From Chiloscyllium plagiosum (lineage: Eukaryota): DNA of 64,000 bases. The notes under the pieces are model-generated. The model worked only from the letters and a program-made list of their open reading frames with translations, made no database searches and was not told where the DNA came from. Position 1 is the first letter of the stretch. Each line of letters starts with the position of its first letter. The DNA is taken from contig NC_057711.1 of the NCBI RefSeq assembly GCF_004010195.1, forward strand, positions 79,394,866 through 79,458,865. Direction: 5' to 3'. A program made the translations under genes and the position numbers. This document shows positions 1-12,719 of this stretch, piece by piece.

Positions 1-221
1 AAAAAAAGTAAAAAAAGAAGTGTACAGCACACAAGCAAGGACATGGTGCAACAACAGGTTCCAATGATATCGTGCTGCTACTGCCACAGGCATTTTTGTT
101 TTGTTTAATAATTTATGAAATCCCTCTGATTCTATGATCTCACCTCTGATTTGACTGCAGTATGCATGTTTGCCCAAAGAACTACCAGCATTTGCAAATG
201 TCCAAAGCTCCTTTTATGGAA

Positions 222-2949
222 ATAGAACATATAGAACATAGAACATAGAACATAGAACATAGAACATAGAAGAATACAGCGCAGTACAGGCCCATAGAAC
301 ATAGAACATAGAACATAGAACATAGAACATAGAACATAGAACATAGAACATAGAACATAGAACATAGAACATAGAACATAGAACATAGAACATAGAACAT
401 AGAACATAGAACATAGAACATAGAACATAGAACATAGAACATAGAACATAGAACATAGAACATAGAACATAGAACATAGAACATAGAACATAGAACATAG
501 AACATAGAACATAGAACATAGAACATAGAACATAGAACATAGAACATAGAACATAGAACATAGAACATAGAACATAGAACATAGAACATAGAACATAGAA
601 CATAGAACATAGAACATAGAACATAGAACATAGAACATAGAACATAGAACATAGAACATAGAACATAGAACATAGAACATAGAACATAGAACATAGAACA
701 TAGAACATAGAACATAGAACATAGAACATAGAACATAGAACATAGAACATAGAACATAGAACATAGAACATAGAACATAGAACATAGAACATAGAACATA
801 GAACATAGAACATAGAACATAGAACATAGAACATAGAACATAGAACATAGAACATAGAACATAGAACATAGAACATAGAACATAGAACATAGAACATAGA
901 ACATAGAACATAGAACATAGAACATAGAACATAGAACATAGAACATAGAACATAGAACATAGAACATAGAACATAGAACATAGAACATAGAACATAGAAC
1001 ATAGAACATAGAACATAGAACATAGAACATAGAACATAGAACATAGAACATAGAACATAGAACATAGAACATAGAACATAGAACATAGAACATAGAACAT
1101 AGAACATAGAACATAGAACATAGAACATAGAACATAGAACATAGAACATAGAACATAGAACATAGAACATAGAACATAGAACATAGAACATAGAACATAG
1201 AACATAGAACATAGAACATAGAACATAGAACATAGAACATAGAACATAGAACATAGAACATAGAACATAGAACATAGAACATAGAACATAGAACATAGAA
1301 CATAGAACATAGAACATAGAACATAGAACATAGAACATAGAACATAGAACATAGAACATAGAACATAGAACATAGAACATAGAACATAGAACATAGAACA
1401 TAGAACATAGAACATAGAACATAGAACATAGAACATAGAACATAGAACATAGAACATAGAACATAGAACATAGAACATAGAACATAGAACATAGAACATA
1501 GAACATAGAACATAGAACATAGAACATAGAACATAGAACATAGAACATAGAACATAGAACATAGAACATAGAACATAGAACATAGAACATAGAACATAGA
1601 ACATAGAACATAGAACATAGAACATAGAACATAGAACATAGAACATAGAACATAGAACATAGAACATAGAACATAGAACATAGAACATAGAACATAGAAC
1701 ATAGAACATAGAACATAGAACATAGAACATAGAACATAGAACATAGAACATAGAACATAGAACATAGAACATAGAACATAGAACATAGAACATAGAACAT
1801 AGAACATAGAACATAGAACATAGAACATAGAACATAGAACATAGAACATAGAACATAGAACATAGAACATAGAACATAGAACATAGAACATAGAACATAG
1901 AACATAGAACATAGAACATAGAACATAGAACATAGAACATAGAACATAGAACATAGAACATAGAACATAGAACATAGAACATAGAACATAGAACATAGAA
2001 CATAGAACATAGAACATAGAACATAGAACATAGAACATAGAACATAGAACATAGAACATAGAACATAGAACATAGAACATAGAACATAGAACATAGAACA
2101 TAGAACATAGAACATAGAACATAGAACATAGAACATAGAACATAGAACATAGAACATAGAACATAGAACATAGAACATAGAACATAGAACATAGAACATA
2201 GAACATAGAACATAGAACATAGAACATAGAACATAGAACATAGAACATAGAACATAGAACATAGAACATAGAACATAGAACATAGAACATAGAACATAGA
2301 ACATAGAACATAGAACATAGAACATAGAACATAGAACATAGAACATAGAACATAGAACATAGAACATAGAACATAGAACATAGAACATAGAACATAGAAC
2401 ATAGAACATAGAACATAGAACATAGAACATAGAACATAGAACATAGAACATAGAACATAGAACATAGAACATAGAACATAGAACATAGAACATAGAACAT
2501 AGAACATAGAACATAGAACATAGAACATAGAACATAGAACATAGAACATAGAACATAGAACATAGAACATAGAACATAGAACATAGAACATAGAACATAG
2601 AACATAGAACATAGAACATAGAACATAGAACATAGAACATAGAACATAGAACATAGAACATAGAACATAGAACATAGAACATAGAACATAGAACATAGAA
2701 CATAGAACATAGAACATAGAACATAGAACATAGAACATAGAACATAGAACATAGAACATAGAACATAGAACATAGAACATAGAACATAGAACATAGAACA
2801 TAGAACATAGAACATAGAACATAGAACATAGAACATAGAACATAGAACATAGAACATAGAACATAGAACATAGAACATAGAACATAGAACATAGAACATA
2901 GAACATAGAACATAGAACATAGAACATAGAACATAGAACATAGAACATA
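222..2949. repeat. Tandem array of the 7-mer TAGAACA (minus strand TTCTATG); about 7 units at 222-271, then about 380 apparently perfect units at 293-2949
   Basis: Directly visible. One interruption, AGAATACAGCGCAGTACAGGCCC, at about 271-293. The three long MFYVLCS ORFs in the track are translations of this repeat. Confidence 0.99.
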
Positions 2950-3013
2950 TCAGGAAAGTTAAAGTCCCCCATAACAACCACCCTATTACTGTCACTCATC
3001 TCCTGAATCTCCT
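222..3013 (-). mobile_element. CR1-like LINE remnant: endonuclease fragment (2950-3013) plus 3' UTR end and TTCTATG tail (222-293)
   Basis: Minus strand 3013-2950 translates EIQEMSDSNRVVVMGDFNFPD (APE endonuclease GDFN motif). Minus strand 293-222 reads GGGCCTGTACTGCGCTGTATTCTTCTATGTTCTATG, matching the LINE 3' end at 9598-9632. Confidence 0.8.
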
Positions 3014-4399
3014 GTTCATGTCCAAATTCCCACTAACCACAATCTCATGGAACTGCTAAAATGAAAGGAAACCACAACAAAAACTTAATTTTTGATTCTT
3101 TATTTAGTATTGTCTCAACAAATTGGAGTGAGACAAGTAACTTGAGTGCAAGGTAACTGGATAAGTCCATTAACCTTCCTTCTATTGATATAAACCACAT
3201 CGATCATTGGGAACAGATTGTGGCAGGTTATCTATTTATGATAACTTTTAAATGCAAGATGTAGAGATAGGCAAAAATGGATTGTTTACAATTTATTTGT
3301 GTTTCTCATACTGAACATTGAATTAAAACATTGAATTCTGCTGTTTAATTCTTTAAATGTCCAATTAAATTCTTTCCCATATAGATTGAATATTTTTTCT
3401 ATTGCATAACTATTTTTTGTGTAATAAACTATTTGATCATAATCAATATAAGAGACTGGAAATCAAGAATTTTATTTTGGCTTTGCACTGAATCTATTAA
3501 AATTCAAATAATTTGGAATAACACCTTCCTATTTAATGATACAGTCCATAAATGCTCTAAAGGAAGCTACCAGGTGTCATCACAAAATTAAAGGTGTAGA
3601 CGCAGAGGCTGAAGCTGAGAGAAGCAGAAGAAATGATATAGATAAGATTAGTGACATATGTAGGGGCTGAGATACTGTGTGACACAGTCTACCCAGTTGA
3701 ACAAGCTGAAGCTACGAGTAATAGAAAGAACGTGTTTTACCTAATCCTCTCAGATAAGCTGTTCCATCCAGAATTATCACAACACAATCTTCAGGGTATG
3801 AGACTGAAAATGAAGTTTCAAACAGGTTTGATTCCTTTCCCATAAATGAGAAACTGTCAGATGGAACTTTATTTATTTCCAGCTCCCTTTGAAACACCCT
3901 TCAAGGGTGCCAATATACCAGAATTAATGCCTAAAGCCTCCTGCACTGATTGACAGACTGTGATATAAAGCAACCCATATGACACATATAACACACTTCA
4001 TTGAAAAGAAAAATGTTCTGTGAATTAAAATATTTAAAAATTAACTATTTAATTCAGTTGAAGTATGTGAAATGCGAGTGTATCTCCTTTTTGTGGTTTG
4101 CAGTAAATTGGAGGATAGGTATTTCTATAAAAATAGGAAGTGATGATAACTTGGCATTGTTGGCATTTTTGATGCTATGAATGTCCTTAGAACTCCAAAA
4201 CTGCATCCATGATGACCACATTAACCCTTGAGATGGGTTTCACATTGGACACAGCTGGGATTAGATCCAGCCCCATTCAAGATGACAACTCTTTGCGAGA
4301 TCTCTCATTTCTGGAAATCATTCTACCCTTTTAAACCCCAACTCTAAGTTTGTTAAAATTACTAACAATGTTCTCTTAATTCTACTTGCTAGTCTGATA

Positions 4400-6418
4400 C
4401 TTCTATGGTCATTCAGAGCCAAGTATTACCGATGTTAGTTCCACAAGCCGAATGTAAACCTACTGGCTTCCCACAGGCCCGATCTTCCCAACCACAAGGA
4501 AACCCGGAAAAATGGACCGTCCAGCCCAAGAATGAACACTGGCCCCACAACAACTCGATGTTGAGAAGGCCCGACCAGCCCAGGAATGACAACCGAATCT
4601 TAAGGGAACTGAACAACATGGAGGCCTGACGGAACTGACTCCAAGTATCCCCGGAGCACCCAAGGCCGTACCATGCCCAGGATCCCAGAGCACACAGTTA
4701 CCTTCCAGAGCAGCAGACTTGCATCACCGACACCCGGGATTGACCACCTTACCAGGAAATGAGGAGGATATACTGGCCTGAGACTGAAACAACACAGTTT
4801 CAAGACCCAGCACACTCCTGACAAACATCCAAGCCATTGAGAACAAAATGGATGAACTTAAAGCTCGACTTCAGAGGGAAATGAGAGATTGCTCTGTTTT
4901 AGAGAGACATGGCTCATTCTTGCTACACCTGACTGTACCTTACAACCTGAAGGTTTCTCTATACACCACAAGGACTGCATGGCTTCCTCATGTAAGGCAA
5001 CGGGCAGTGGAGTTTGCCTTATCATTAACATCTCCTGTTGCTCAGACATTGTGACACTGGCGAGTTACTGCTCCCTGGAACGAGAATACCTAACAGTGAA
5101 GTGCCATCTCTACTTGTTACCATTAGAGTTCACCTCTATTATTCTGACAGCAGTCTACATGCCACCCCATGTGAAAGTGAAGATGTTCTTGATGAAATAT
5201 ACACCCGCTACAAAAGGGACCCGAGTCGGAATACCCTGAAGCCTTATTCATCGTAGCTGGTGACTTCAACCAGGCCAATCTCAAGAGGGTGCTACTGAAA
5301 TACCATCAACACACCTCCAGCCCTACTAGGGGGCTGAGCATCCTTAGATCATTGTTATACAACCATGAAAGATGCCTACCACTCCATACCCCATCAGAAC
5401 TTTGGAAAATCAGATCACAATGCTATGTTCCTCCTCCCAGCTTACAAGCAGAAATTGAAACCGGAGGACCCAGTACAGAAAGTAGTACAGCGCTGGTCTG
5501 ATGTAGCAGAAGAGCTTCCGTTGAACAGGTCCATATTCAAGAATTCAGTGGCCAACCTAGATGAGTATGTCACTACTGTTGCAGCCAATTTTCATCCTAA
5601 CTCCATCCACAAGTTCGCTGACTACATCACCATCATAGGCCAGATTTCAAACAATGACAAGGCAGAGTACAGGAAAGAGATGGAGTGCTCGGTGGCAGTG
5701 TGTAAAGATAACAATCTCTCCTTCAACATAGCAAAACTAAAGAGCTGGTTATTGACTTCAGGAAGCAAGGTAGAGGGTATACTCCTTTCTACATTGATGG
5801 AGCGGAGGTGGAGATAGTCGAGAACGTTAAGCTCCTGGGAGCAATGATCACCAACAATCTGTCCTGGTCCACCAGTGTTGATGTGATGGTCAAGAAGGCA
5901 CAATAATGCCTCTACTTCCTCAGGAGGTTAAGAAAACTCTTACTAACTTCCATAGATACACCATAGAAAGTATTCTATCTGGATGCATTGTGGCTTGTTG
6001 TGAAAACTGCTCTGCCAGGACCATAAGAAACTCCAGAGAGTTGTGAACACAGCTCAGACCATCAGGCAAGCTAATTGTCCATCCATTGTCTCCATCTACA
6101 CTTCTTGTTGCCCCAGTTATAATCTTTTCTAACCTCTTCTGCCAGGCAGAAAGTATAAAAGCTTAAACGGATGTACCAACGAGTTCAAGAACAGCTCTTC
6201 CCTGCTGTTATTTGACTTATGAGTGGACCTCTCTAATTTCAAATCAAATGATGAGCTTGCTTTTTGTGATCCTTCTCTGTAGCTATAACATTGTATTCAT
6301 TGCCCTGTTCTATCAGTTATGAACTTCCCGTGGTGTGATCTGCCTCTACTGCAGACAAAACAAAGCTTTTCACTGTACCTAGGTATATGTGACAATAATA
6401 AATTAAACCAAAATTAAA
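4400..6418 (+). mobile_element. Degenerate non-LTR retrotransposon, Rex1/Babar-like, with a large internal deletion
   Basis: Frameshifted endonuclease motifs (NIQAIENKMDEL, LCFRETWL, VYMPP, IVAGDFNQANL, FGKSDH). Jumps at about 5580 to RT motif IHKFADYITIIG. Ends in an AATAAAT-rich tail near 6395-6418. Confidence 0.75.
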
Positions 6419-7145
6419 GACATTAACATGTGCATAATGAATGGCCAACAGTAATACACAAAATTGATATATCATAATGGCAATTAGTGTGCAAAGTTGA
6501 TTTTCCTGCCAGCAGCACTATTTTGGAGATCAACAATGCAGGCAAAGTACACTTTTTAACTCTGTATAGTTGAACACGTTCAGCAGCAGGAAGGAAATAC
6601 TCACCAACATGACTGAAAGGGATGAATACTCCTGACATTGCTGAGACAATAACAGGTTTGTACTCCATGAAAGCACTGACACTTAAGCTTGTTGTTATTG
6701 CAGCAATCTTACTAAACTGTTGGTGGATGGATTCCTGCAGGCTTAACCAGATTGTCTGCATCATCATTAAGACCATCTATAATCGCCTTCATATCATTGT
6801 TTGACTCCATCACTATCTTAGCTTATCTACTGCTACAACTATTATTCATGTCTTTGTTATGTCTAAATTTGAGTACTATTCCAATGCACTCTCAATTGGT
6901 CTCCTACATTCTTTGACTTATAACCCATCCAACCCCATGCTCATTGGCTTGCAATAGCTCCTATCTAGCAAGACATTGAATTTAAAATACTCATCCTTGT
7001 TTTAAAGCTTTTCATGACCTTGCCCCTCCCTATCTTTGTAATCTCCTTCAGTCTCCACAATCCTCCAAGATATCTATGCACATGTAAATCTGACCTATTT
7101 GGCACCCTTAGTTGAAACTGTTCTATCATTTGTGGCCATTCTTCC

Positions 7146-9260
7146 ATAGGAACAGAAGAAGGCCATTCAGCCTGCTGAACCTGCTTCACCATTTAATGTA
7201 TTTATGACTGATTGAACACTTGAATGCCTTTTGCCCACACTACATTATAATTCTTTTTGTTATTGATAATCCAAAATTTATCAACCTCTACATTAACTAC
7301 ACTCATAGACTGAGCTTCCACAACCCTCTGGGTTAGGGAATTCTAAAGATTCACTACCCTCTGAGTAAAACAACAAATCTCTTCATCTCAGCCTTAAATG
7401 ATATCCTCCTTATTTTAAAATTGTACCTCCTGGATCTAGTCTCCCAAAGAGGAAAGACCTTTCCAACTTCTCACTATTTAAAAAATACTCTGCACATCTG
7501 TTCTTTCTACTAAAGTGAATAACCTCACATTTTTCAATGTTATCTTTTTACCATGATATGCTTGTACAATCACTAAGCCTGTCCAAATTCCTTACAACAC
7601 ACATTCTTGCTTAGCCTTGTATCATCTGCCCATTTCGAGTGTTGTATTTGGTCTTCACATCCAAATCACATTGTAAATCACTAAGGCTCAAGTCCTGCTC
7701 CCATGGTGCTTCACTAATTGCAATCTACCAATATGCAAATGACCCATTTACTCCTACTATTTGTTTTCTGTCTGTTAGCTAATCTTTATTCCATGCCTGT
7801 ATATCATCTCCTATCCCTTGTGCTTTAATTTTGCTAACTGACTTCCTGTGAGGGACTGTTCCATGAAAATCCAAATATACTACAACCATTGACTCTCCTT
7901 TATCAATTTGTTAGTAACACTCTCAAAAACTCCAACAAGTTTGTCATACTTGATTTCCATTCCATGCCGACTATACCTAATCAGATTATTTTTATTCAAG
8001 TTTCTATTTATCACATCCTTTGTGAAAGATTCTAGTACAGGTGCACAATCCTTTATCCAAAATGCTCAGGACCAGCTGGTTTTCGGAATTCAGAATTTTT
8101 TGAATTTCACAATAAATGACAGTTTGATGATGACATTTTTTAAAAATCTTACTGGAGAAGCAGACTCACCTGAGTAAACCAGGCCTTGAGACAGAATTGA
8201 GGCCTGCCAGTGCAAGGCCACGCCCCTCCAGGTCACATCTGAGTGACATGCATTGAGTGGGTGTTGACTTAGGTTAAGTGTTTGCACGCTAAACAACCTT
8301 GTTAATGAGAAAAAATATTTACAAAAAAACCTTCGGACTTTGGAGCTTTTCGAATTTCGGGATTTTGGATAAAGGGTTGTCTACCTTTACTTCTGATGGG
8401 TCTGTAATTCCCTGCCTTTTCACTTGCTCCTTTCTTAAATAGTGGGTGACATCTGCAGATTTCCAATTTGTAGGAATTATTCCAGAAATTATGGAATTTT
8501 GAAAGATGATTACTCTATAGTTAACTGCTTCCACACGCTTGAATATAAACTTTCAGTTCCCAGGCACTTATCAGCTTTCAGAGCCATTAATTTCTTGAGT
8601 ACAACCTTCCTATTAATAACAACTTCCTTAACTCCACGTTTTACCTAATTACTTGGATAGCTAATTCTGGGAGCTTTCTTGTACCGTCCTCAGTGAAAAT
8701 AGATACAAAGTAACCACTTAGCTTCTTTTTCTGTTTCCCTATTCCATATTGTAAATCTCTTGACCCTACTTTTAGTGAATCCACACTCATCTTAGCTAAA
8801 TGTTTCCTTTTTACATATGTGTAGAAACTTATAGAGTCCTTTTTTTTCATGTTTTTGCAAGATTGCAGTCACACTATTATTTTCTTTATCAGTTACTTGG
8901 TCCTCCTTTGCTATATTCTAAAACTTCCCAATCCTCAAATTTATTAATATTTCTGGCTGCTTTATATGCCTTTTCTTTTAGTCATTAATGATCCTTCACT
9001 TCCTTTACCAGCCAACATTGCATCATGAAGAAGGCATAGGTGCCGTCAGCTCTGTATTAGTTCTTTAAAGACTGTTCTTTGAATATCTACAGTCATTTCT
9101 TTTAATGTATTTTCTGGATCAACCTCAACCAACTTGTGCCTCATGCGATCATAATTCCTTTATTCAAATTTAACACCTTGCTTTAGATTGAACTATCTCA
9201 CTTTGAAATATAATGTAAAAATCTATCATATCGTTGCTGCTCATTCCGAAAGGTTCTTTC
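7146..9260 (-). mobile_element. Degraded CR1-like LINE
   Basis: 3' end at about 7146 (plus strand ATAGGAACAGAAGAAGGCCATTCAGCC). Minus-strand ORF2 remnants SGIIPTNWKSADVT and SFYTYVKRKH. Confidence 0.75.
8038..8387. mobile_element. 350 bp MITE of the pogo/Tigger type, with terminal inverted repeats and TA flanks
   Basis: Left end TA-CAGGTGCACAATCCTTTATCCAAAAT. Reverse complement of right end TA-AAGGTAGACAACCCTTTATCCAAAAT. TA at 8036-8037 and 8388-8389. Confidence 0.85.
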
Positions 9261-9411
9261 ACAATAAGTTTTTTTTAGTTTTCTACACTCTTAAGCTCTC
9301 AAATTTTCTTGCCACATCTCTTTGTCTCTCTCTATTGCATTCATCCTTTGGGATACTTATTAAAACCTACCTCTTTGATCAAGCTTTTGATCATCTGACC
9401 TAACATGTCAT

Positions 9412-9632
9412 TATTTATGCAGAGAGTTTGTGAATGCATGGAATGTGTTGCCAGCTATAGTGGTGGAAGCAGAGTCATTGGGGTCTTTTAAGCAACTGTT
9501 GGACATGCACATGGATAGCAGTGAGTTGAGGGGTGCGTAGGTTAAGCTACGATGTTTCACATTAGGATTAAACCACGGCACAACATCGTGGGCCAAAGGG
9601 CTCATTCTATGCTGTATTTTTCTATGTTCTAT
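9412..9632 (+). mobile_element. Short CR1-like 3' end with TTCTATG tail
   Basis: Ends GGGCCAAAGGGCTCATTCTATGCTGTATTTTTCTATGTTCTA. The tail unit is the same as the 222-2949 array. Confidence 0.8.
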
Positions 9633-11854
9633 ATGATTTGGAATCACATTTTGGCTCATATTGCTTTTGTAAAGCAGCTTGGGACATTTCATTACATTAA
9701 AGGTGCTTTATACATTTAGCCCCACTGTGTCACAACTAGAATAATATGTTGCGTAATGCAAGAACTATCATTTAATGAAATGCTTCTTCATGAATTTAAG
9801 AAACATTAAGTGCTTCATATAAAACTAATTACATTGAAGTGCAGTCATTGCTGTTTTACAGGATAAGTGTAGTAGTCAAATTACACATCTTAAGAACTCA
9901 CAAGTGGAACAATCAGTTAATCTGTTTTTACCAAATTTCTTCACGGAAAAAATACAGCAAGGACACCGTGAGGCTGTGGTATTCTTATTCCATTAATACC
10001 ATATTTAAAGCCCTCCTAAATACACAGATACAGCCTCAACAAATTGGGAAATCACAGCATGCTTTCAGTGTTGGGATCATTCCCATTATTTCCTAATTTA
10101 TGCTCCCATTTGGAAAGAGGTTGCCTTAAGAGAGTACACTTGAAAGATGTGCTATAATTAAGTGAAATGTAAATGCAAATTAGGCAGGTTCTATAACAGG
10201 TTGGTGATCTGATCTGCCAGTTTATTGCTCAAGTGCTGAAGGTGAAAATTATCCTCACTGAGTGAATTAGTCAAATTGCATTTTCATTGCATGATAATCT
10301 CAGATTTTTCCAGGTATTTTGCAGATCAAAATTTGCTCCTTTTTCATGAAAACTGCAAATTAACAACCTAGATTATTATATGTTCTTTGACAAATAGTTT
10401 TCTCAATTTTTACCTATATATGCAAGGAAGAATATGCAGTAAATAATAGCTAAGATCCACTATCTCTATGATGGAGAGGGGGAGGCCTGACAGTCAACAG
10501 CAAGGGAAGGTCTCGGTCCAACGTAGCACTGGATAGAAGCTTTCTTTTTGGTTCGTAAAGCTGAGATTGTGGTCCTAAGTTAGTGGATCACTGAAGTGGA
10601 TCCTACAGTTCTGCAATAAATACAGGATTCAGAATGGGGACCTCTTGGATTTAACAGCACACTATCAATATTTGTGGATTGTAAGAACAATACAAAGTTT
10701 ATTATTATGGTAGCTATATAAAACGTGGGTTCTGGCAGTTATGCAGAAGTGATGTGAGGGGTAGAAGAATTTGGAAAGAAGCTTCTATCTGATTTCCTTA
10801 CAGAACAAAATAATTGTGCTCAAACAAAATGATTAAGATTTAAACAAATGTTTATGTTTTCTGTGTATGGATGAGAGATGGGGTGTACAATGTAGGTTTG
10901 TAAAGGAAACTGTACAAGAAGTCTACCCAGAGGATCTTAAGACACCTTGTTTTGATTGGTTCCAGGAAATATGTGACAGACAAGTCAACAGATAGGTTAA
11001 CACCTGGATAACCTGGATTTGGACTTGCCTGGAGATTCTTCTAAGCTATTTAAGAGATGAAGCTCTGCTCAACAAGACAATTGACATAAAGGACTGAAGT
11101 TAAGTAAAGTAAAGCTGAGAGATCTCAAACCCTCAACTTGAGTTACATGATCTGGCAGATTGTTGGCCGGTATGCTGAGAAACAAATGGCATATCATTTT
11201 TACCCATGGCAGGAATGTGTACCATATTTGGATGGGGAAGAAAGGGAAAGATTCAAACCTGAGTTATAACCTACCAGCCCTAAGAGGGGATCAATTCAAT
11301 TTAGACCTTTCTTTCCTTAGCAGAAACAACTTGATTTTAAAAAGCCATTGAGTGAAGATTGGCATTTTCAGGAGGCCCACAGCATCTTTCCCTTGCTCAG
11401 TGAACAACTTTATTCCTTGTGACCTTTTTGTGACAGAAAGGTACTTGAAAACACAGCAACTAAAAGCTCGTAATACAATAGGTATTTCATGTATTTCACT
11501 ATTATATATGTTGCATAGACTACATGTATTATGCACAGAGGTATGGGGGCTAAAATGTGAGTACTGGAAGGTAATGGGGGCTAAAATGATAGTACTGGAA
11601 ATGGGTGCAGAAAATTGCAATTTGCAATGAACCTATACCTGTTTATTGAAACAGCAACTTTCTACTATCTTCTGTCTTAAATAATTTCAGCATGCAGTTA
11701 GAGCTAAATGCGTTATTAAATGTCTGCTCGACTAAAGCGACAAGTTTGTGAATTGGCTAGCACCAATTAGTTAAAGTTAGCCTGCACTTCCTAAAAGGAG
11801 AGTGTATCATGGTAGCATCGGGTGTTGCCTGTCATGAAGAAAGTGAAAAATGTC

Positions 11855-12400
11855 ACAATGCAGAGACAGTGGGTCCAAGGTTTGCTGGAGTTGCACTGGA
11901 GGCCTTAGTTGAGAAGGTGGCAAGGTGGAATGATGCCCCACATCAATAGTGGGCAAAGGTATCCTTTAGACACATACACAGAATACAACAGACACAGGTA
12001 TCCATGGAAGTCAATGTGGATGGCACGGTGGGACAGTGGTTAGCACTGCTGCCTCACAGCGTCAGAGACCCGGGTTCAATTCAAGCCTCAGGCGACTGAC
12101 TGTGTGGAGTTTGCACGTTCTCCCCGTGTCTGTGTGGGTTTCCTCCGGGTACTCTGGTTTCCTCCCACAGTCCAAAGATGTGCAGATCAGGTGAATTGGC
12201 CATGCTACATTGCCCGTAGTGTTAGGTAAGGGGTAAATGTAGGGGTATGGGTGGGTTGTGCTTCGGCGGGTTGGTGTGGACTTGTTGGGCCGAAGGGCCT
12301 GTTTCCACACTGTAATGTAATCTAAATGCCAATGGTCAAGCTCCTAATACCGAGATGTAATACCTGTGAATAGTTCACATAATGTCTTTTCGATTCTGCA
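11855..12400 (+). pseudogene. Remnant Myb/SANT-like ORF of PIF/Harbinger type, interrupted by a SINE
   Basis: Translates GPRFAGVALEALVEKVARW...QVSMEVN with an internal stop, resembling the APRFSxxxLExLV start of Harbinger Myb/SANT proteins. Confidence 0.5.
12022..12325 (+). mobile_element. tRNA-derived V-SINE (HE1-like), full length
   Basis: A-box-like TGGGACAGTGG, B-box GGTTCAATTC, V-domain TGTGTGGAGTTTGCACGTTCTCCCCGTGTCTG, and a CR1-like tail GGGCCGAAGGGCCTGTTTCCACACTGTA. Confidence 0.9.
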
Positions 12401-12719
12401 CCCCTCACCAGCCAACCACCAACAATCTCTATTAATCTGGTCTCATCTGACATTTAATGGAGGGCCCCACAGTGCCCTCCATTCTGCTGAATCACAGATC
12501 CACATCTCTCAGCTTACACATTCTGCCAGCTATAGCCATATCACCCAAAAAAAAAGACATTACTCAGTGACACATTTCCCACCCTCTTGTTGGACAAAGT
12601 GGTACAGAATTGGTGTCAGCAGGAACTAAGTAGATAGGATAATACTGCATATAACCATAGTACAATGATAGAATCATTAGACAATTATTTTGCTTTGGTA
12701 TTTACAAGAGAGATAGAAC

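Larger units (their letters stand above)
6826..9717 (+). mobile_element. Old L2-like 3' fragment split into three pieces (about 6826-7145, 9280-9410, 9635-9717) by later insertions
   Basis: The pieces read as a continuous L2-type 3' region, including TAAAACCTACCTCTTTGATCAAGCTTTTG and the terminal GCTTGGGACATTTCATTACATTAAAGGTGCTTTATA. Family assignment is from recalled consensus. Confidence 0.55.

Noticed and set aside
222..2949. Possible telomere or CRISPR-like array
   Set aside because: The unit is not TTAGGG, there are no spacers, and it matches a LINE tail seen elsewhere in the window.
132..2999. Three 900+ aa ORFs made of MFYVLCS repeats
   Set aside because: They arise from a stop-free 7-bp tandem repeat read on the minus strand. 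They are not genes.
10460..11640. Possible LTR-like sequence (also about 19190-19990)
   Set aside because: No paired LTR, primer-binding site, TSD or gag/pol remnant that I could support.
12022..12095. Possible tRNA gene (also at 14191, 20810-20879 and 53300-53367)
   Set aside because: The A and B boxes belong to SINE heads that continue into SINE body and LINE-like tail.
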